A DNA stretch of 64,000 nt from Malacoraja senta (taxonomy: Eukaryota): positions 6,574,001 to 6,638,000 of the forward strand of contig CM075993.1 of NCBI GenBank assembly GCA_038087875.1, in the 5' to 3' direction. The stretch's first letter is position 1. Each line of letters opens with the position of its first letter. Of the stretch, positions 1 to 12,387 are shown piece by piece. The position numbers were made by a program, and so were the translations under genes. Under the pieces are notes generated by a model. The model saw only the letters and a list, made by a program, of their open reading frames with translations, ran no database searches and was not told where the DNA came from.

Positions 1-760
1 AATGAATGAATGAATGAATGAATGAATAAGTTTATCGGCCAAGTATTCACATACAAGAATGTCCTTGGTGTGGCGTGGTGCATGGATCAAGTGCGGCGCT
101 AATCATTAGTTGGCGAGGAGGGCAGTAAATATGATGGGAATATTGAATAACGGTTGCAGAGAAAAATGACTTAAGATAGATCAATGGATACAGAGAGGTA
201 TTTGGAGACAAATTAATATCGCAACCGATCTGGGCCTCGTCGCCCGCTCAGTTCAAGGACAAATCTATAAACAGCGGCGGGTCTGTGGGCTGGAAGGGGA
301 TCACCCACCCGGCGATTGAGGTCCAATCCCGGGACCCCACTGCTATCCCGGAGACCATCAGCTCCTTATACCCGGGGTACACGGGCTCCCCGGCGCTCCC
401 TCACTGACAGACCCCGGCGCTCCCTCACTCTCCATCTCCAGGGGATAGATACCCGGTCGCGGACACTCACCCGTCAGTGTGTGTTTGAGCCGCGGGCTGG
501 TGGTGGTGGCGGCGCCGGCGATGAGCAGCAGTAGAGCGGGCAGCAAGAGGACCATGACCACAGAGCAGTGACAGCCGGCTGCGGGGAGGGGAGGGGAGTG
601 GAGGGGGCAGGGGAGGGGAGGGGAGGGGAGGGGAGGGGGGACGGGATCCGATTCGACGCTGCAGGACTGGGGGAGGATCATAGAGATCAGTATTCCAAGT
701 ACACTGCCCGGTTAGCACCAAAGATTTATATAGACTGTGGGAGGAAACGAGCATCCGGAG

Positions 761-2393
761 AGGGCATGTATATGTATGGGTCTCTATTGGAGAAGGTAAA
801 GGTTTTTAAGTTTTTGGGTGTTTGGTTTGAAGAGCGTATGACTTGGGCTGTGCATGTAGGTAAAATTGTGTTGAAGTGTGAAAAAGTTCTGAATGTTATG
901 AGAAGTCTGGTTGGGTGTGAGTGGGGGCCAACAGGGAGACAATGTTGCTAATTTATCAGGCCATGATCAGATCTTCTCTTGACTTATGGGTGTTTTGTGT
1001 ATGGGTCTGCGTCTAAAACTGTTCTGGCTAGGCTAGATGTGTTGCAGGCAAAGGCTTTGAGGCTTTGCTGTGGAGCCTTCAGGACTTCCCCAGTCCCTGC
1101 CCTGATTGTTGAAATGGGAGAAATGCCCTTATGGTTAAGGCGCATTAAGCTAGGGTTACATTATTGGGCTAAACTTTGTGGGTGTAATGATACCTTCCCC
1201 AGCAAGGTGTTTGTTGCAAGAGGTTGATGATGGTAACAAATATAACACATTTTTTTGTCGTTATAAATCAGTGGGCTAGGAAGCTGGGTTTGGAACAAGG
1301 GGGTATTATAGAGCATACAATAAGGCTACCTGTGCCCTATTTGGTTCTTCCTGAACTGTTTATTGAGCTTGCTTTTCTTCAGGAAAAGGATAAGCGCGAG
1401 GTGACTCCAAGAATAGTGGAATATCTTAATTCAATCAGTGAGAGTACTTTGATTGTTTTTACAGATGGATCTAAAGATCCAGTTAGTGGGAGAGCTGGGT
1501 TTGGAGTGTATGTGGAGCAGCTTGGGTTGAAGATTGGCCGGCGCATTTCTGATGGAAGTTCTGTTCTCACGACTGAATTAATGGCAATTCAATGGCCTCT
1601 ATGGTGGATTGAGGAAGCCAGTTTTAGAGAAGTCATTATCTGTTCTGATTCTGCAGCTGCTCTTGAAACTTTAAGAGTAGGGAAATCTAAAGCTCGTCCT
1701 GACATTCTAAATGAAATCTTGAGTGTGTTTTCTAGAATTGGGTTTGCGTGTAACATCACTTTTTGCTGGGTTCCCGGGCATGCTGGGGTGAGGGGGAATG
1801 AGCAGGTGGACCTCATAGCAAAGGAGAGTTTAAGAAGAGAAATAGATATCCATGTATCATTGGGGAGAGTGGAACTGAGAGAAATAATTAAAGAGGGGCG
1901 TAACAAAAGAATGGCAGAGAGGATGGGAAATGGAAGTCAGGGGTAGACACTACTTTTCTATACAATCTGAAGTTAGGAAAATATGTTTCTGTACATCTCT
2001 GTCCCGTAGGGACTCAGTTAAACTGTGTAGATTGAGGTTGGGACACTGTGGGTTAAATTACTATTTGTGCATTGGTAGGGAAACATGTTCTGGCTTGTGT
2101 GAATGTGGGAGTAATGAGACAGTTAAGCATGTTTTCCTAGAATGTAAAAATATAGGGTAGAAAGAAAAGTATTGTTTGTTAGACTGACAGGACTTGGAGT
2201 TGAGGCTTTTTCTGTTTTATCTTTGTTTGGACACAATGAGAAACATCAACTGATATCCAGGGCTGTCTTCAATTCCTGCAAGTTACAGGACTGTATAATA
2301 AGAATTTAGTTCAAACTTTGACCTGTGGAGGGCAGTAATACGCTTAGCAGCGTCTACACTGCCGGAATCCTACAAGAAGAAGAAGAAGAAGAA
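761..2393 (+). mobile_element. 5'-truncated I-group (Nimb-like) LINE: RT C-terminus, RNase H and CCHC finger, frameshifted
   Basis: ORF pieces KFLGV.F, RNase H (FTDGSK...TELMAI...CSDS...WVPGHAGVRGNEQVD) and RLRLGH...CECG..ETVKHVFLEC. (GAA)n tail at 2375-2393. A 12-bp TSD gagcatccggag lies at 749-760 and 2394-2405. Confidence 0.85.
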
Positions 2394-3737
2394 GAGCATC
2401 CGGAGTTACGTTCTCCCCGTGACCACTGTGGTCATAGTTACAATCTCTGTGCAGACAACGATAGTCAGCATCAACGGTGACTCAAACTTGAATCCCTCAG
2501 CTCTCTCTGGTTATGCTTTTCATGTGGTTGCTCAGGAAGATTTAATATGATTAATGTGATACTTTCTATACATAGTGTACTGCAAGCCACCCATGTAATC
2601 ATTCACTTTCTTATTCAGGGTGCATCCCCAAACCTCATCTACTGCATTTGATGCTCTCCGATGTGTCCTCCTTTCACATTGGCGAGACCAGGCGTAGACT
2701 TGGTGAACGATTCGCCGAACCATTTGCCGAACTAGGCCACTCTCCGTGACCACGTGGGTTTTCTCCGGGTGCTCCGGTTTCCTCCCACACTCCAAAGACA
2801 GGTGTGCGGGTTAATTGACTCCAGTATAATAGTAAATTGTCCCCCAGGCGGTCACGGGGAGAACGTGCAAACTCCACGCATAGACAGCACCCAAGGCAAG
2901 GATCGAACAGCGGACTCTGGTGCTGTGCGGCAGCAGTTTTACCAGTTGCGCCACCATATCTTTCGTTAGATCAGTAAATACTCACACAGGCCTCAGATTA
3001 GTATATACACTAACAAAACAGCAACACATCTCAGGTTTCTTCTTTCCACGATACATCCATGAAATATCAGGGAGGTTGTTAGGCAGCATCCCGCCTCTTT
3101 GCAGCGGCACGGTGGCGCAGCGGTACAGTCGCTGCCTCACAGCGCCAGAGACCCGGGTTGCTGTCTGTACGGAGTTTGTACATTCTTGGTTTGCAGGTTA
3201 ATTAGCTTGGTATGAATGTAAATTGTCCCTAGTGTGTGTGGGATAGTGTTAATGTGCGGGCAATCGCTGGTCAGTGCGGGATCGGTTGGCCGAAGGGGCA
3301 GTTTCGGCGCTGTATCTCTAAACTAAACTACACTAAACAAGGACACAAATGGGAATAAGAGTAGGCCACTAGGCCCCTTCAACCATGTACTGCCATGCAA
3401 TATGATTATAACATAGATGCTGCCTCAGCTCCTCTTCTGCACCAGTTCCCAATAACCCTCAATTCCTTCAACTTTCAAAAATGTATCTATTTCCATCTTC
3501 AATATATATAATTACCTAGTCTCCATCATTCTGGGGAATCAGAGAATTCACAAGATTCCAAAAAGCCGTTCAAATAAAGTCACAAAATAAACATATTCAC
3601 CAATCGACATGATATATACCACAATGACATGCAGCAAAATTATAATACAGTATCTAACTCTTTTACATGTTGCAATGAATGCAATTTCTATTTCACTCCA
3701 CTTCCAAACAAAAATGTGGTTGGATTATTCAGCCAAT

Positions 3738-4530
3738 GAGCCACCTCGGTGAGACCAAGCGCAGGCTTGGCAATCGCTTCGCACAACACCTCCACTCAAT
3801 TTGCAATAACCAACCTGATCCCCCGGTGGCTGAACACTTCAACTCCCCTTCCCATTCCGAATCCGACCTTTCTGTCCGGGGCCTTCTCCATGGCCAGAGT
3901 GAGGCCACCGCATATTGGAGGAGCAGCACCTCATATTTGCTTGGGTAGTTTACACCCCAGTGGTATGAACATTGGCTTCTCTAATTTCAGGTAGTCCTTG
4001 CTTTCTCCCCTCCTTCCCCTCCCATTCCCAGCTCTCCCACAGCCCACTGTCTCCACTTCCTTTCTTTTTCGTATACCCCCTCCCCCCCGACATCAATCTG
4101 AAGAAGGGTCTCGACATAGATGCTGCCTTACCCGCTGATTTTCTACAGCTTTTATGTCTACCAATGGGATCCCACCACTGGCCACATCTTCCCATCTCCT
4201 CCCTGTTGGCTTTCCGCAGAGACCGCTCCCTCCGTAACTCTCCCTGTCAATTTGTCCCTTCCCACCCAAACCACCCCTCTCCTGGCACTTTCCCTTGCAA
4301 CCGCAGGAAATGCTACACCTTGTCACTTTTACCTCCCCCCTTGACTCCATTGAAGGACCCAAGCAGTCTTTCCAGGTGCGGCAGAGGTTCACCAGCATCT
4401 CCTCCTACCTCATCTATTGCATCCACTGCTCTAGGTGTCAGCTGCTCTACATCTGACACCTAGATGTAGATATCTAGGTGACCAAGCGTGGGCTTGGCGA
4501 TCGCTTCACCCAACACCTCCGCTTGGTCCA
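3738..4530 (+). mobile_element. Penelope-like element fragments (GIY-YIG endonuclease region and 3' terminal repeat)
   Basis: GETKRRLGNRFAQHL...VAEHFN, similar to the Penelope copy at 17691-18474. Confidence 0.75.
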
Positions 4531-7500
4531 CCACCTCCAGTTTAAATTCCATTTAGAATATTTATGGAGGACCAGGAAACCAGAAGCAAGAGTTACTCCA
4601 GGGAGTTACTCCAGATCCAGGGTCAGGGAGTGATTCTGCATTGATTTTCAGCTGTCGCGGCGAGGCGGCGACCGGACGGCAATGGCGGCCAGATCCCCCA
4701 CAATTCAAAGCGAGGGAGAAAGTGCCCAGCGCCGACCAGTTGCCATGGCAGTGCACATGCGCAGGGCGGCCGATGATGTGAGGGCCGTGGTTGTGCGCAT
4801 GTGCTGGGGGAGGGTGTGCTGGCCGTAGCAGTGCGCATGTGCAAGGCGGCCTGCCGTGCCGGCGGATGAGAAGCGAGCGGAGAGCGGAGACCCGGCGGCC
4901 CGGACACGGATACGGATGGCGGGGGGAGATGGAGAGTTGACAGACAGAGAGATAGAGAGGGGGACCGCCCAGAGCTGAACGGCAGGTGTCTGCCTTGGCC
5001 GGAAGCCCCATAGATTTCGAGGCCCAAGGCTTCAGCCTATGAAGCCTAGTAAAGTAAAAGTAAATAAAGTAAAGTAAATTTATTTATATAGCACTTTTCA
5101 ATCAATTTCAATCAAAGAAGTCAAAGTGCTTTACAGAGAAAATTATCCATATAAAATAATAAAAAAGAGGTAGAAAAAAAAGAACACAACACACTATAAG
5201 AGATTCAACACGAACATTCCCCCCACAGCAGAATCTACACTCTCCACTGTGAGGGAAGGGACCAAATGTCAGTCTCCTCCTCTCCTAGTCCACCCGAGGT
5301 CGGGGCCAGTTTGAGGTCACCGCAGCCAGTCGCCGCAACGACAGCCCGACGATTATAGGCCCCACCCGCCGGGAAGCTGGAACCACGGCATCGGGTGGAA
5401 AAGTCCTAGTGGTAAATCGGCTCTGCGAGGCCCCCCTAGATCTTGACGCCCTAAGCTTAAGCTTGTCAAGCTTATACGTAAATCCGGCCCTGCCTCTCAA
5501 GTTCCACTCAGTAACAAAAGGGAAAGTTCAGTTCCCAAACTGAAGAGGATCCTCCATGCCAAGAATAACGTCAACACTGCCTTTATCTGGGCAAGTACAT
5601 CTCCAACAACATGTCCTCCAGAGATGCTGCCAGAAACCGCAGAGAGTTGTTGATGTAGCCCAGTCCGTCACACCAACCAGACTCCCCCCTCTCCCAATAG
5701 CACCATCTGCACCTCACGTTGCCTCGAGAAAACAGGCAACATAATCATTGAGTCACAGGTTGATGAATCTGTGGAATTCATTGCCACAGAAGAGGTGTGG
5801 AGGCCAAGTCAATGGATATTTTTAAGGCAGAGATAGATTCTTGATTAGTGCGGGCATCAGGGGTTATGGGGAGAAGGCAGGAGAATGGGGTTGAGGGAGG
5901 GAGAGATAGATCAGCTATGATTGAATGGCGGAGTACTTGATGGGCCGAATGGCCTAATTCTGCTCCTATCACTTATGACATAATGAATATTGATCCCTCA
6001 CACCCACCCGGTCATTTCTTCTTCCCCCGCCCTTCCGGCAGGAGATACAACAACAGCTTGAAAGCACGTACCACTGGCCTCAGGAACAGCTTCTTCCCCG
6101 CTTGTTCTCAGAATTAAGTTTAGAGATGCAGTGTGGAAACAGACTCTTTGGCCCACTGAGTCCACACCGACCAGCGATCACCCATACACTAGTTCTATGC
6201 TATCCCATTCTACACATTAGAGGCAAATTTACAGTAGCCAGTTAACCTACAAACCTGAGTTAGACACAAAAGCTGGAGTAACTCTGGAGAGAAGGAATGG
6301 GTGACCTTGTACGTCTCTGGAGTTGGGAGGAAACTGAAGATCTCGAAGAAAACCCACGCAGATCACGGGGAAAACGTACAAACTCCGTACAGACAGCACA
6401 TGTAGTCGGGATCGAACCCGGGTCTCTGGCGCTGCATTCGCTGTAAGACAGCAACTCTATCGCTGCGCCACCGTGACCGCCGAGTTTATGCACCCACACC
6501 TCCCCAGCTGCCGATATCTGCCCGGCAACAGGCCAATGAGCCACGGAGGTGATCAGTCTCCTAAAACGAGAGGGAGTCGGGTTTAGTCAGTAGAAACAAG
6601 GAAATGCAGGCGCTGGTTTACAAAAAAAGGACACAAAGTGCTGGAGTAACTCAATGGGTCAGGCAGCTTAAGGTCATAAAGTCAATAGGAGTAGAATTAG
6701 GCCATTCGGCCCATCAAGTCTATTCCGCCATTCAATCATGGCTGACCTATCTCTCCATCCTAACCCCATCTCCTGCCGTCTCCCCATAACCGCTGACAGC
6801 TGTACTAATCAAGAAATCCCTGGAGACCACGGATAGCTGACGTTTCGGGTCTTCAGACTCCAAGTTTAGGTTGACTCAATTCAGTTTAGAGATAGTTGCT
6901 TTCATTTTAACACATAGATGGGAGGCACGGTGGCGCAGCGGTAGAGTTGCTGCCTCACAGCGCCAGAGACCCAGGTTCAATCCAGACTACGGGTGCTGTC
7001 TGTAGAGAGTTTGTACGTTCTCCCCGTGACCGCGTGGGGTTTCTCCCTCTCCGGGTGCTCTTGTTTCCTCCCACATTCCAAAGATGTGCCAGTTAATTGG
7101 ACCCTTTTATAGACTGATGTTGTCGTGCTGCCCGACCTGCTGAGTTACTCCAGCACTTTGTGATCTACATCCTTCATCAGCACTGTGGCAGCATCTTCAG
7201 CAGAAGTTCAACACTAGGTCAAGTAGGCAGCTCACTGACACCATATCACTTTCTTCCCCCACTACAATCAAATCTAAATCCACTCCCTTCCTCTTCCCCT
7301 CTGCCCTGCCACCTTTCACAGACACAGAAATGCTGGAGTAACTCAGCGGGACAGGCAGCATCTCTGGAGAGAAGGAATGGGTGACCTTTTGGGTCGGGAC
7401 CCTTCTTCAGACTGCAGACGCTGGTTTGCAAAGAAGGACACAAAGTGCTGGAGTAACTTAGCGGGAGTCTGAAGAAGGGTCCTCAAACCGAAACGTCACC

Positions 7501-8027
7501 CATTCCTTCTCTCCAGAGATGCTGCCGGTCCCGCTGAGTTACTCCAGCTATTTGTGTCTATCTTCGGTTGAAACGAGCATCTGAAGTTCCTCGCTACACA
7601 TTGTGAAAGGTTCAGATGGGTTTCAGTTTCAGTTTGGTTTATTGCCACGTGTACCGAGGTGCAGTGAAAAGCATTTCGTTACGTGCTAACCAGTCAGCAG
7701 AAAGACAAATACATGATAACAATCGAGCCATTTACAGGTACAGATATATGATAAGTGAATAACGTTTAGTGCAAGGTAAAGCCAGTAAAGTCCCATGAAG
7801 GATAGTCCGAGGGTCACCAATGAGGTAGATAGTAGTTCAGCACTGCTCTCTGGTTGTGGTGGGATAGTGACATTGCCTGGTGACAGCTGGTAAGTAACTG
7901 TCTCTGGAGAATATTGGAAAACGTTTTGGGGGAAGGGGGAAGGGGGATTTTGTAGATTTCTAAAATGGTGGGATTTTTCTCACCATTTCAGTAACAGAAT
8001 ATGAATGTTGCTTATTTTGAAACCCAT

Positions 8028-8227
8028 NNNNNNNNNNNNNNNNNNNNNNNNNNNNNNNNNNNNNNNNNNNNNNNNNNNNNNNNNNNNNNNNNNNNNNNNN
8101 NNNNNNNNNNNNNNNNNNNNNNNNNNNNNNNNNNNNNNNNNNNNNNNNNNNNNNNNNNNNNNNNNNNNNNNNNNNNNNNNNNNNNNNNNNNNNNNNNNNN
8201 NNNNNNNNNNNNNNNNNNNNNNNNNNN
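8028..8227. other. Assembly gap (200 N)
   Basis: Run of N. Confidence 1.
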
Positions 8228-8236
8228 ACTCCAGGT

Positions 8237-8290
8237 AATTCCATTCGTTGAAACAGGGCGGACCACGTGAAGGTTGCAATCTCCCACCCC
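8237..8290 (-). ncRNA. Second copy of the minimal HDV-like ribozyme motif (P2 3' strand partly degenerate)
   Basis: Minus strand reads GGGGTGG-GA-GATTGCA-ACC-TTCACGT-GGT-CCGCCCT-GT-TTCAA-C-GAA-TGGAATT, nearly identical to 39697-39750. Confidence 0.6.
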
Positions 8291-8676
8291 GTCCTCTGCA
8301 TGAAACCCAGACAAGCTCCAGTGAAGTACTGAGGGGGCGCTGCCCTGCTAGACCTGTCCACCCTCCAACTGGTTCATTCACCGCCCCGTCCGTTCTGGCA
8401 ACTGGCCGTTAAACACGTCACAGCGGATTGTCCGTTAAGGACGGGTTGTCCCACCTCTGTCTCTTCATCTCGTGTCGTTGAGACGCGCTGGCTGGTGATT
8501 TTCACCTGGTTGGATTGTGCTGCATTAATTTGGTTCAGTCGTTCAAGATTCAGGAGTCCAGAGTTTTATTGTCAACTGTCCCAGATAGAACAATGCAGTT
8601 CTGCATTCAACAGCACAACACAATCTGTGATCATAGTACTCGGTAAACAATACAATAAATGAGAGAAACAAGTTCA

Positions 8677-9525
8677 GTGTGTGTGTGCGTGTGCGCGTGT
8701 GTGCGCGTGTGTGTGTGCGCGTGTGTGTGTGTGTGCGTGTGTGTGTGCGTGTGCGCGTGTGCGTGAGTGAGTGAGTGCATGCGTGTGTGTGTGTGCATGT
8801 ACCTGTGTGTGTGTGCGTGCGTGTGCATGTACCTGTGTGTGTGTGTGTGCATGTGTGTGTGTGTGTGTGTGTGTGCATGTACCTCTGTGTGTGCGTGTGC
8901 GTGTACGTGTGTGTGTGTGCATGTACCTGTGTGCGTGTGTGTGCGTGTGCATGTACCTCTGTGTGTGTGTGCATGTACCTCTGTGCGTGTGTGTGTGCAT
9001 GTACCTGTGCGTGTGTGTGTATGTGTGTGCGTGTGTGTGTACGTGTGTGTGCATGTACCTCTGTGTGTGTGTGCGTGTGCATGTACCTCTGTGTGCGGGT
9101 GTGTGTGTACGTGTGTGTGCATGTACTTGTGTGTGTGTGTGCGTGTGTGTGTACGTGTGTGTGCATGTACCTGTGTGCGTGTGTGTGTACGTGTGTGTGT
9201 GCATGTACCTGTGTGCGTGTGTGCGTGCGTGTGTGTGTGCATGTACCTGTGTGCGTGTGTGTGTACGTGTGTGTGTGCGTGTGTGTGTGTGTGTACGTGT
9301 GTGTGCATGTACCTGTGTGCGTGTGTGCGTGCGTGTGTGTGTGCATGTACCTGTGTGCGTGTGTGTGTACGTGTGTGTGTGCTTGTGTGTGTGTGTGTGT
9401 ACGTGTGTGTGCATGTACCTGTGTGCGTGTGTGTGTATGTGGTGTGCATGTACCTGTGTGTGCGTGTGCATGTACCTCTGTGTGCATGTGTGTGTACGTG
9501 TGTGTGCATGTACCTGTGTGCGTGT
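8677..9525 (+). repeat. About 850-bp compound (GT)n microsatellite with recurrent GCATGTACCT/GTAC interruptions
   Basis: Seen directly. It accounts for the HT- and VC-rich ORFs in the track. Confidence 0.97.
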
Positions 9526-9565
9526 ACACACATTTCCAACATAGACATTTCATTTCTGTTCGCAG

Positions 9566-9615
9566 GAAATTCATTCAGAATCTCACGAGTGGTGATGGCT
9601 GTTTCACCAACGAAG
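9566..9615 (+). CDS. SEMA7A: Semaphorin-7A-like, penultimate coding exon (end of PSI / linker: (R)KFIQNLTSGDGCFTNE(A))
   Basis: Acceptor catttctgttcgcag and donor gaag|gtaag flank a 50-nt exon with phase 2 in and phase 1 out. The final G joins CT at 18598 to give GCT, in frame with the Ig exon. The 'FIQN...C' pattern matches the post-PSI exon of SEMA7A. Confidence 0.75.
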
Positions 9616-10775
9616 GTAAGGTTGCTTTGAAACATGTTCATATAATGCATGGTTTTACTCCACTGCTCACAGGTTCAGTTAAAACATAGAACAGTGCAGC
9701 ACAAGAACAGGCCCTTCAGCCCACTACGTCTGTGCCGAACATGATGCTAAGACCATCTCCTCTCTACCTAGGCATCCATGTCCCTCCATTCCTTGCATAT
9801 ATTATGCCTAACCAAAAGTCTCTTAAAGGCCACTATCGTATCTGCCTCAACCACCCACCCTGGCGATGCGTTCCAGGCACCCACCACCCTCTGTGTTTGA
9901 AAAAAGTTGCACCTCACATCTCCTTTAAACTTTGCCCCTCTCACAATTAACCTGTGCTCTCTAGTATTTGATTTTTCCATCCTGGGATAAAAGGTTCTGA
10001 CTGTCTACCGTATCTATGCCTCTCATAGTGTTAAATACTTCCATCAGGTCTCCTAGCGACCCCCTGCGTTCCGGAGAAAGCAATCCAAGTTGGTCCAACC
10101 TCAGCTTGATGCTAATACGCTCTAATCCAGGCAACATTCTGGTAAACTTCCTTTACTTTAGTTAAGAGAGAAAGAGCGGAACAGGCCATTCGGCATGTGG
10201 GAGGAAACCGGAGCACCCGGAGAAAACCCACGCAGGTCTTGGGTAGAATGTACAAACTCCATAGAGACAGCACCTGTAGACAGGATCTAACCGGGGTCTC
10301 TGGCGCTGTAAGGCAGCAACTCTACTGCTGCACCACCGTGCCACCCTGACCCAATTCCTCTGCACCCTTTCCAAAGTTTTGGTTACGGATTCAGCTCTCA
10401 TCACTTCAGACATACAGCACTTGGCCTGAATCCCATGGAGGTTGTGTTGTTAGGATGTGTCACTGGGACCTTTTGTAACTACTGGGACTATATATAATCA
10501 GATATGTCTAAACATAGTGCCTGTCTTTAAAGGGAGGCTATTTTTTATATCCCTTAGCTCTGTAATTTTGTTTCTAAGTGAGGACATGAGACTGACTTCC
10601 TCTTTCTGTATGAAGGGGAAAAAATAGGAACAAGAGTTTCATAAGATTAATTCATGATAGCAGCAGAATTAGGCCATTTGGTCTACTCCGCCATTCAATC
10701 TTGGCTGATCTATTCTATCCCCATTCTTCTGCCTTCTTCCCATAACCCCAGACACCCGTACTAATCAAAAATCTA

Positions 10776-12387
10776 CAATGCCCTCCATAATGTTTGGGAC
10801 AAAGACCCATCATTTATTTATTTGCCTCTGTACTCCACAATTTGAGATTTGTAATAGAAAAAAATCACTTGTGGGTAAAGTGCACATTGTCAGATTTTAA
10901 TAAAGTCCATTTTTATACATTTTGGTTTCACCATGTAGAAATTACAGCAGTAATACATAGTCCCCCCATTTCAGGGCACCATAATGTTTGGGACACAGCA
11001 ATGTCATGTAAATGAAAGTAGTCATGTTTAGTATTTTGTTGCATATCCTTTGCATGCAATGACTGCTTGAAGTCTGAGATTCAAGGACATCACCAGTTGC
11101 TGGGTGTCTTCTCTGGTGATGCTCTGCCAGGCCTGTATTACAGCCATCTTTAGCCTATGCTTGTTTTAGGGGCTAGTCCCTTTCAGTTTTCTCTTCAGCA
11201 TATAAAAGGCATGCTCAATTAGGTTCAGATCGGGTGATTGACTTGGCCACTCAAGAATTGACCATTTTTTTAGCTTTGAAAAACTCCTTTGTTGCTTTAG
11301 CAGTATGTTTGGGATCATTGTCTTGCTGTAGAATGAACCACCGGCCAATGGGTTTTGAGGCATTTGTTTGAACTTGAGCAGATAGGATGTGTCTATACAC
11401 TTCAGAATTCATTATGTTACTACCATCAGCAGTTGTATCATCAATGAAGATAAGTGAGACAGTACCTTCAGCAGCCATACATGCTCAGGCCATAATACCA
11501 CCACCACCACCGTGTTTCACAGATGAGGTGGTATGCTTTGGATCTTGGGCAGTTCCTTCTCTCCTCCATACTTTGCTCTTGCCATCACTCTGATATAAGT
11601 TGATCTTCGTCTCATCTGTCCACAAGACCTTTTTCCAGAACTGTGGTTGCTCTTTTAAGTACTTCTTGGCAAACTGTAACCTGGCCATCCTATTTTTGTG
11701 GCTAACCAGTGGTTTGCATCTTGCAGTGTAGCCTCTGTATTTCTGTTCATGAAGTCTTCTGCGGACAGTGGTCATTGACAAATCCACACCTGACTCCTGA
11801 AGAGTGTTTCTGATCTGTCGTACAGGTGTTTGGGGATTTTTCTTTACTATAGAGAGAATTCTTCTGTCATCAGCTGTGGAGGTCTTCCTTGGCCTGCCAG
11901 TCCCTTTGCAATTTATAGGCTCACCATTGCTCTCTTTCTTCTTAATGATGTTCCAAACAGTTGATTTTGGTAAGCCTAAGGTTTGGCTGATGTCATTTAC
12001 AGTTTTATTCTTGTTTCTCTGTCTCATAATGGCTTCTTTGACTTTCATTGGCACAACTTGGTCCTCATGTTGATAAACAGCAATACAAGTTTCCAAAGGT
12101 GATGGAAAGACTAGGTGCTGAGAGCTCTCTTATACCTGCATTATGGAGGCATTTAAACACACCTGAGCAATTACAAACACCTGTGAAGCCATGTGTCCCA
12201 AACATTATGGTGCCCTGAAATGGGGGAACTCTGTATAAACACAGCTGTAATTTCTACATGGTCAAACCAAAATGTATAAACCTTTAATAAAATCTGTTTT
12301 TTTTTCTATTACAAATCTCAAAGTGTGGAGTACAGAGGCAAATAAATAAATGATGGGTCTTTGTCCCAAACATTATGGAGGGCACTG
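10776..12387 (-). mobile_element. Full-length but inactivated Tc1/mariner DD34E transposon with long IR/DR-type TIRs
   Basis: TA TSDs at 10774-75 and 12388-89. TIRs of about 220 bp (ca[a/g]tgccctccataatgtttgggacaaagaccc...) carry an inner repeat ccataatgtttgggac. The transposase shows GRPRK, WTDET, QDNDPKH and SPDLNLIE with 34 residues between D and E. There is a W-to-stop at 11485 and a +1 frameshift in an A-run near 11265-11271. Inserted into a CR1 3' fragment. Confidence 0.93.

Noticed and set aside
761..2393. Nimb-like LINE as the partner of the ribozyme-headed 136-bp element
   Set aside because: They share only a (GAA)n tail. The sequences just upstream of the tails differ, so the pairing is unsupported.
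6922..7000. tRNA gene suggested by A and B boxes
   Set aside because: It is the tRNA-derived head of an HE1-like SINE and continues into the SINE body. No cloverleaf was recognised.
7960..8381. ORFs spanning N runs (also 38945-39416)
   Set aside because: Open only because of assembly gaps.
1..9560. Further SEMA7A exons (Sema/PSI domain)
   Set aside because: No RDPYC-type PSI coding segment with splice sites was found. These exons are probably upstream of the window or in the gap.
8543..9689. Six long His/Thr- or Val/Cys-rich ORFs
   Set aside because: Artefacts of the (GT)n microsatellite, which lacks stop codons. Only 9566-9615 is a plausible exon.
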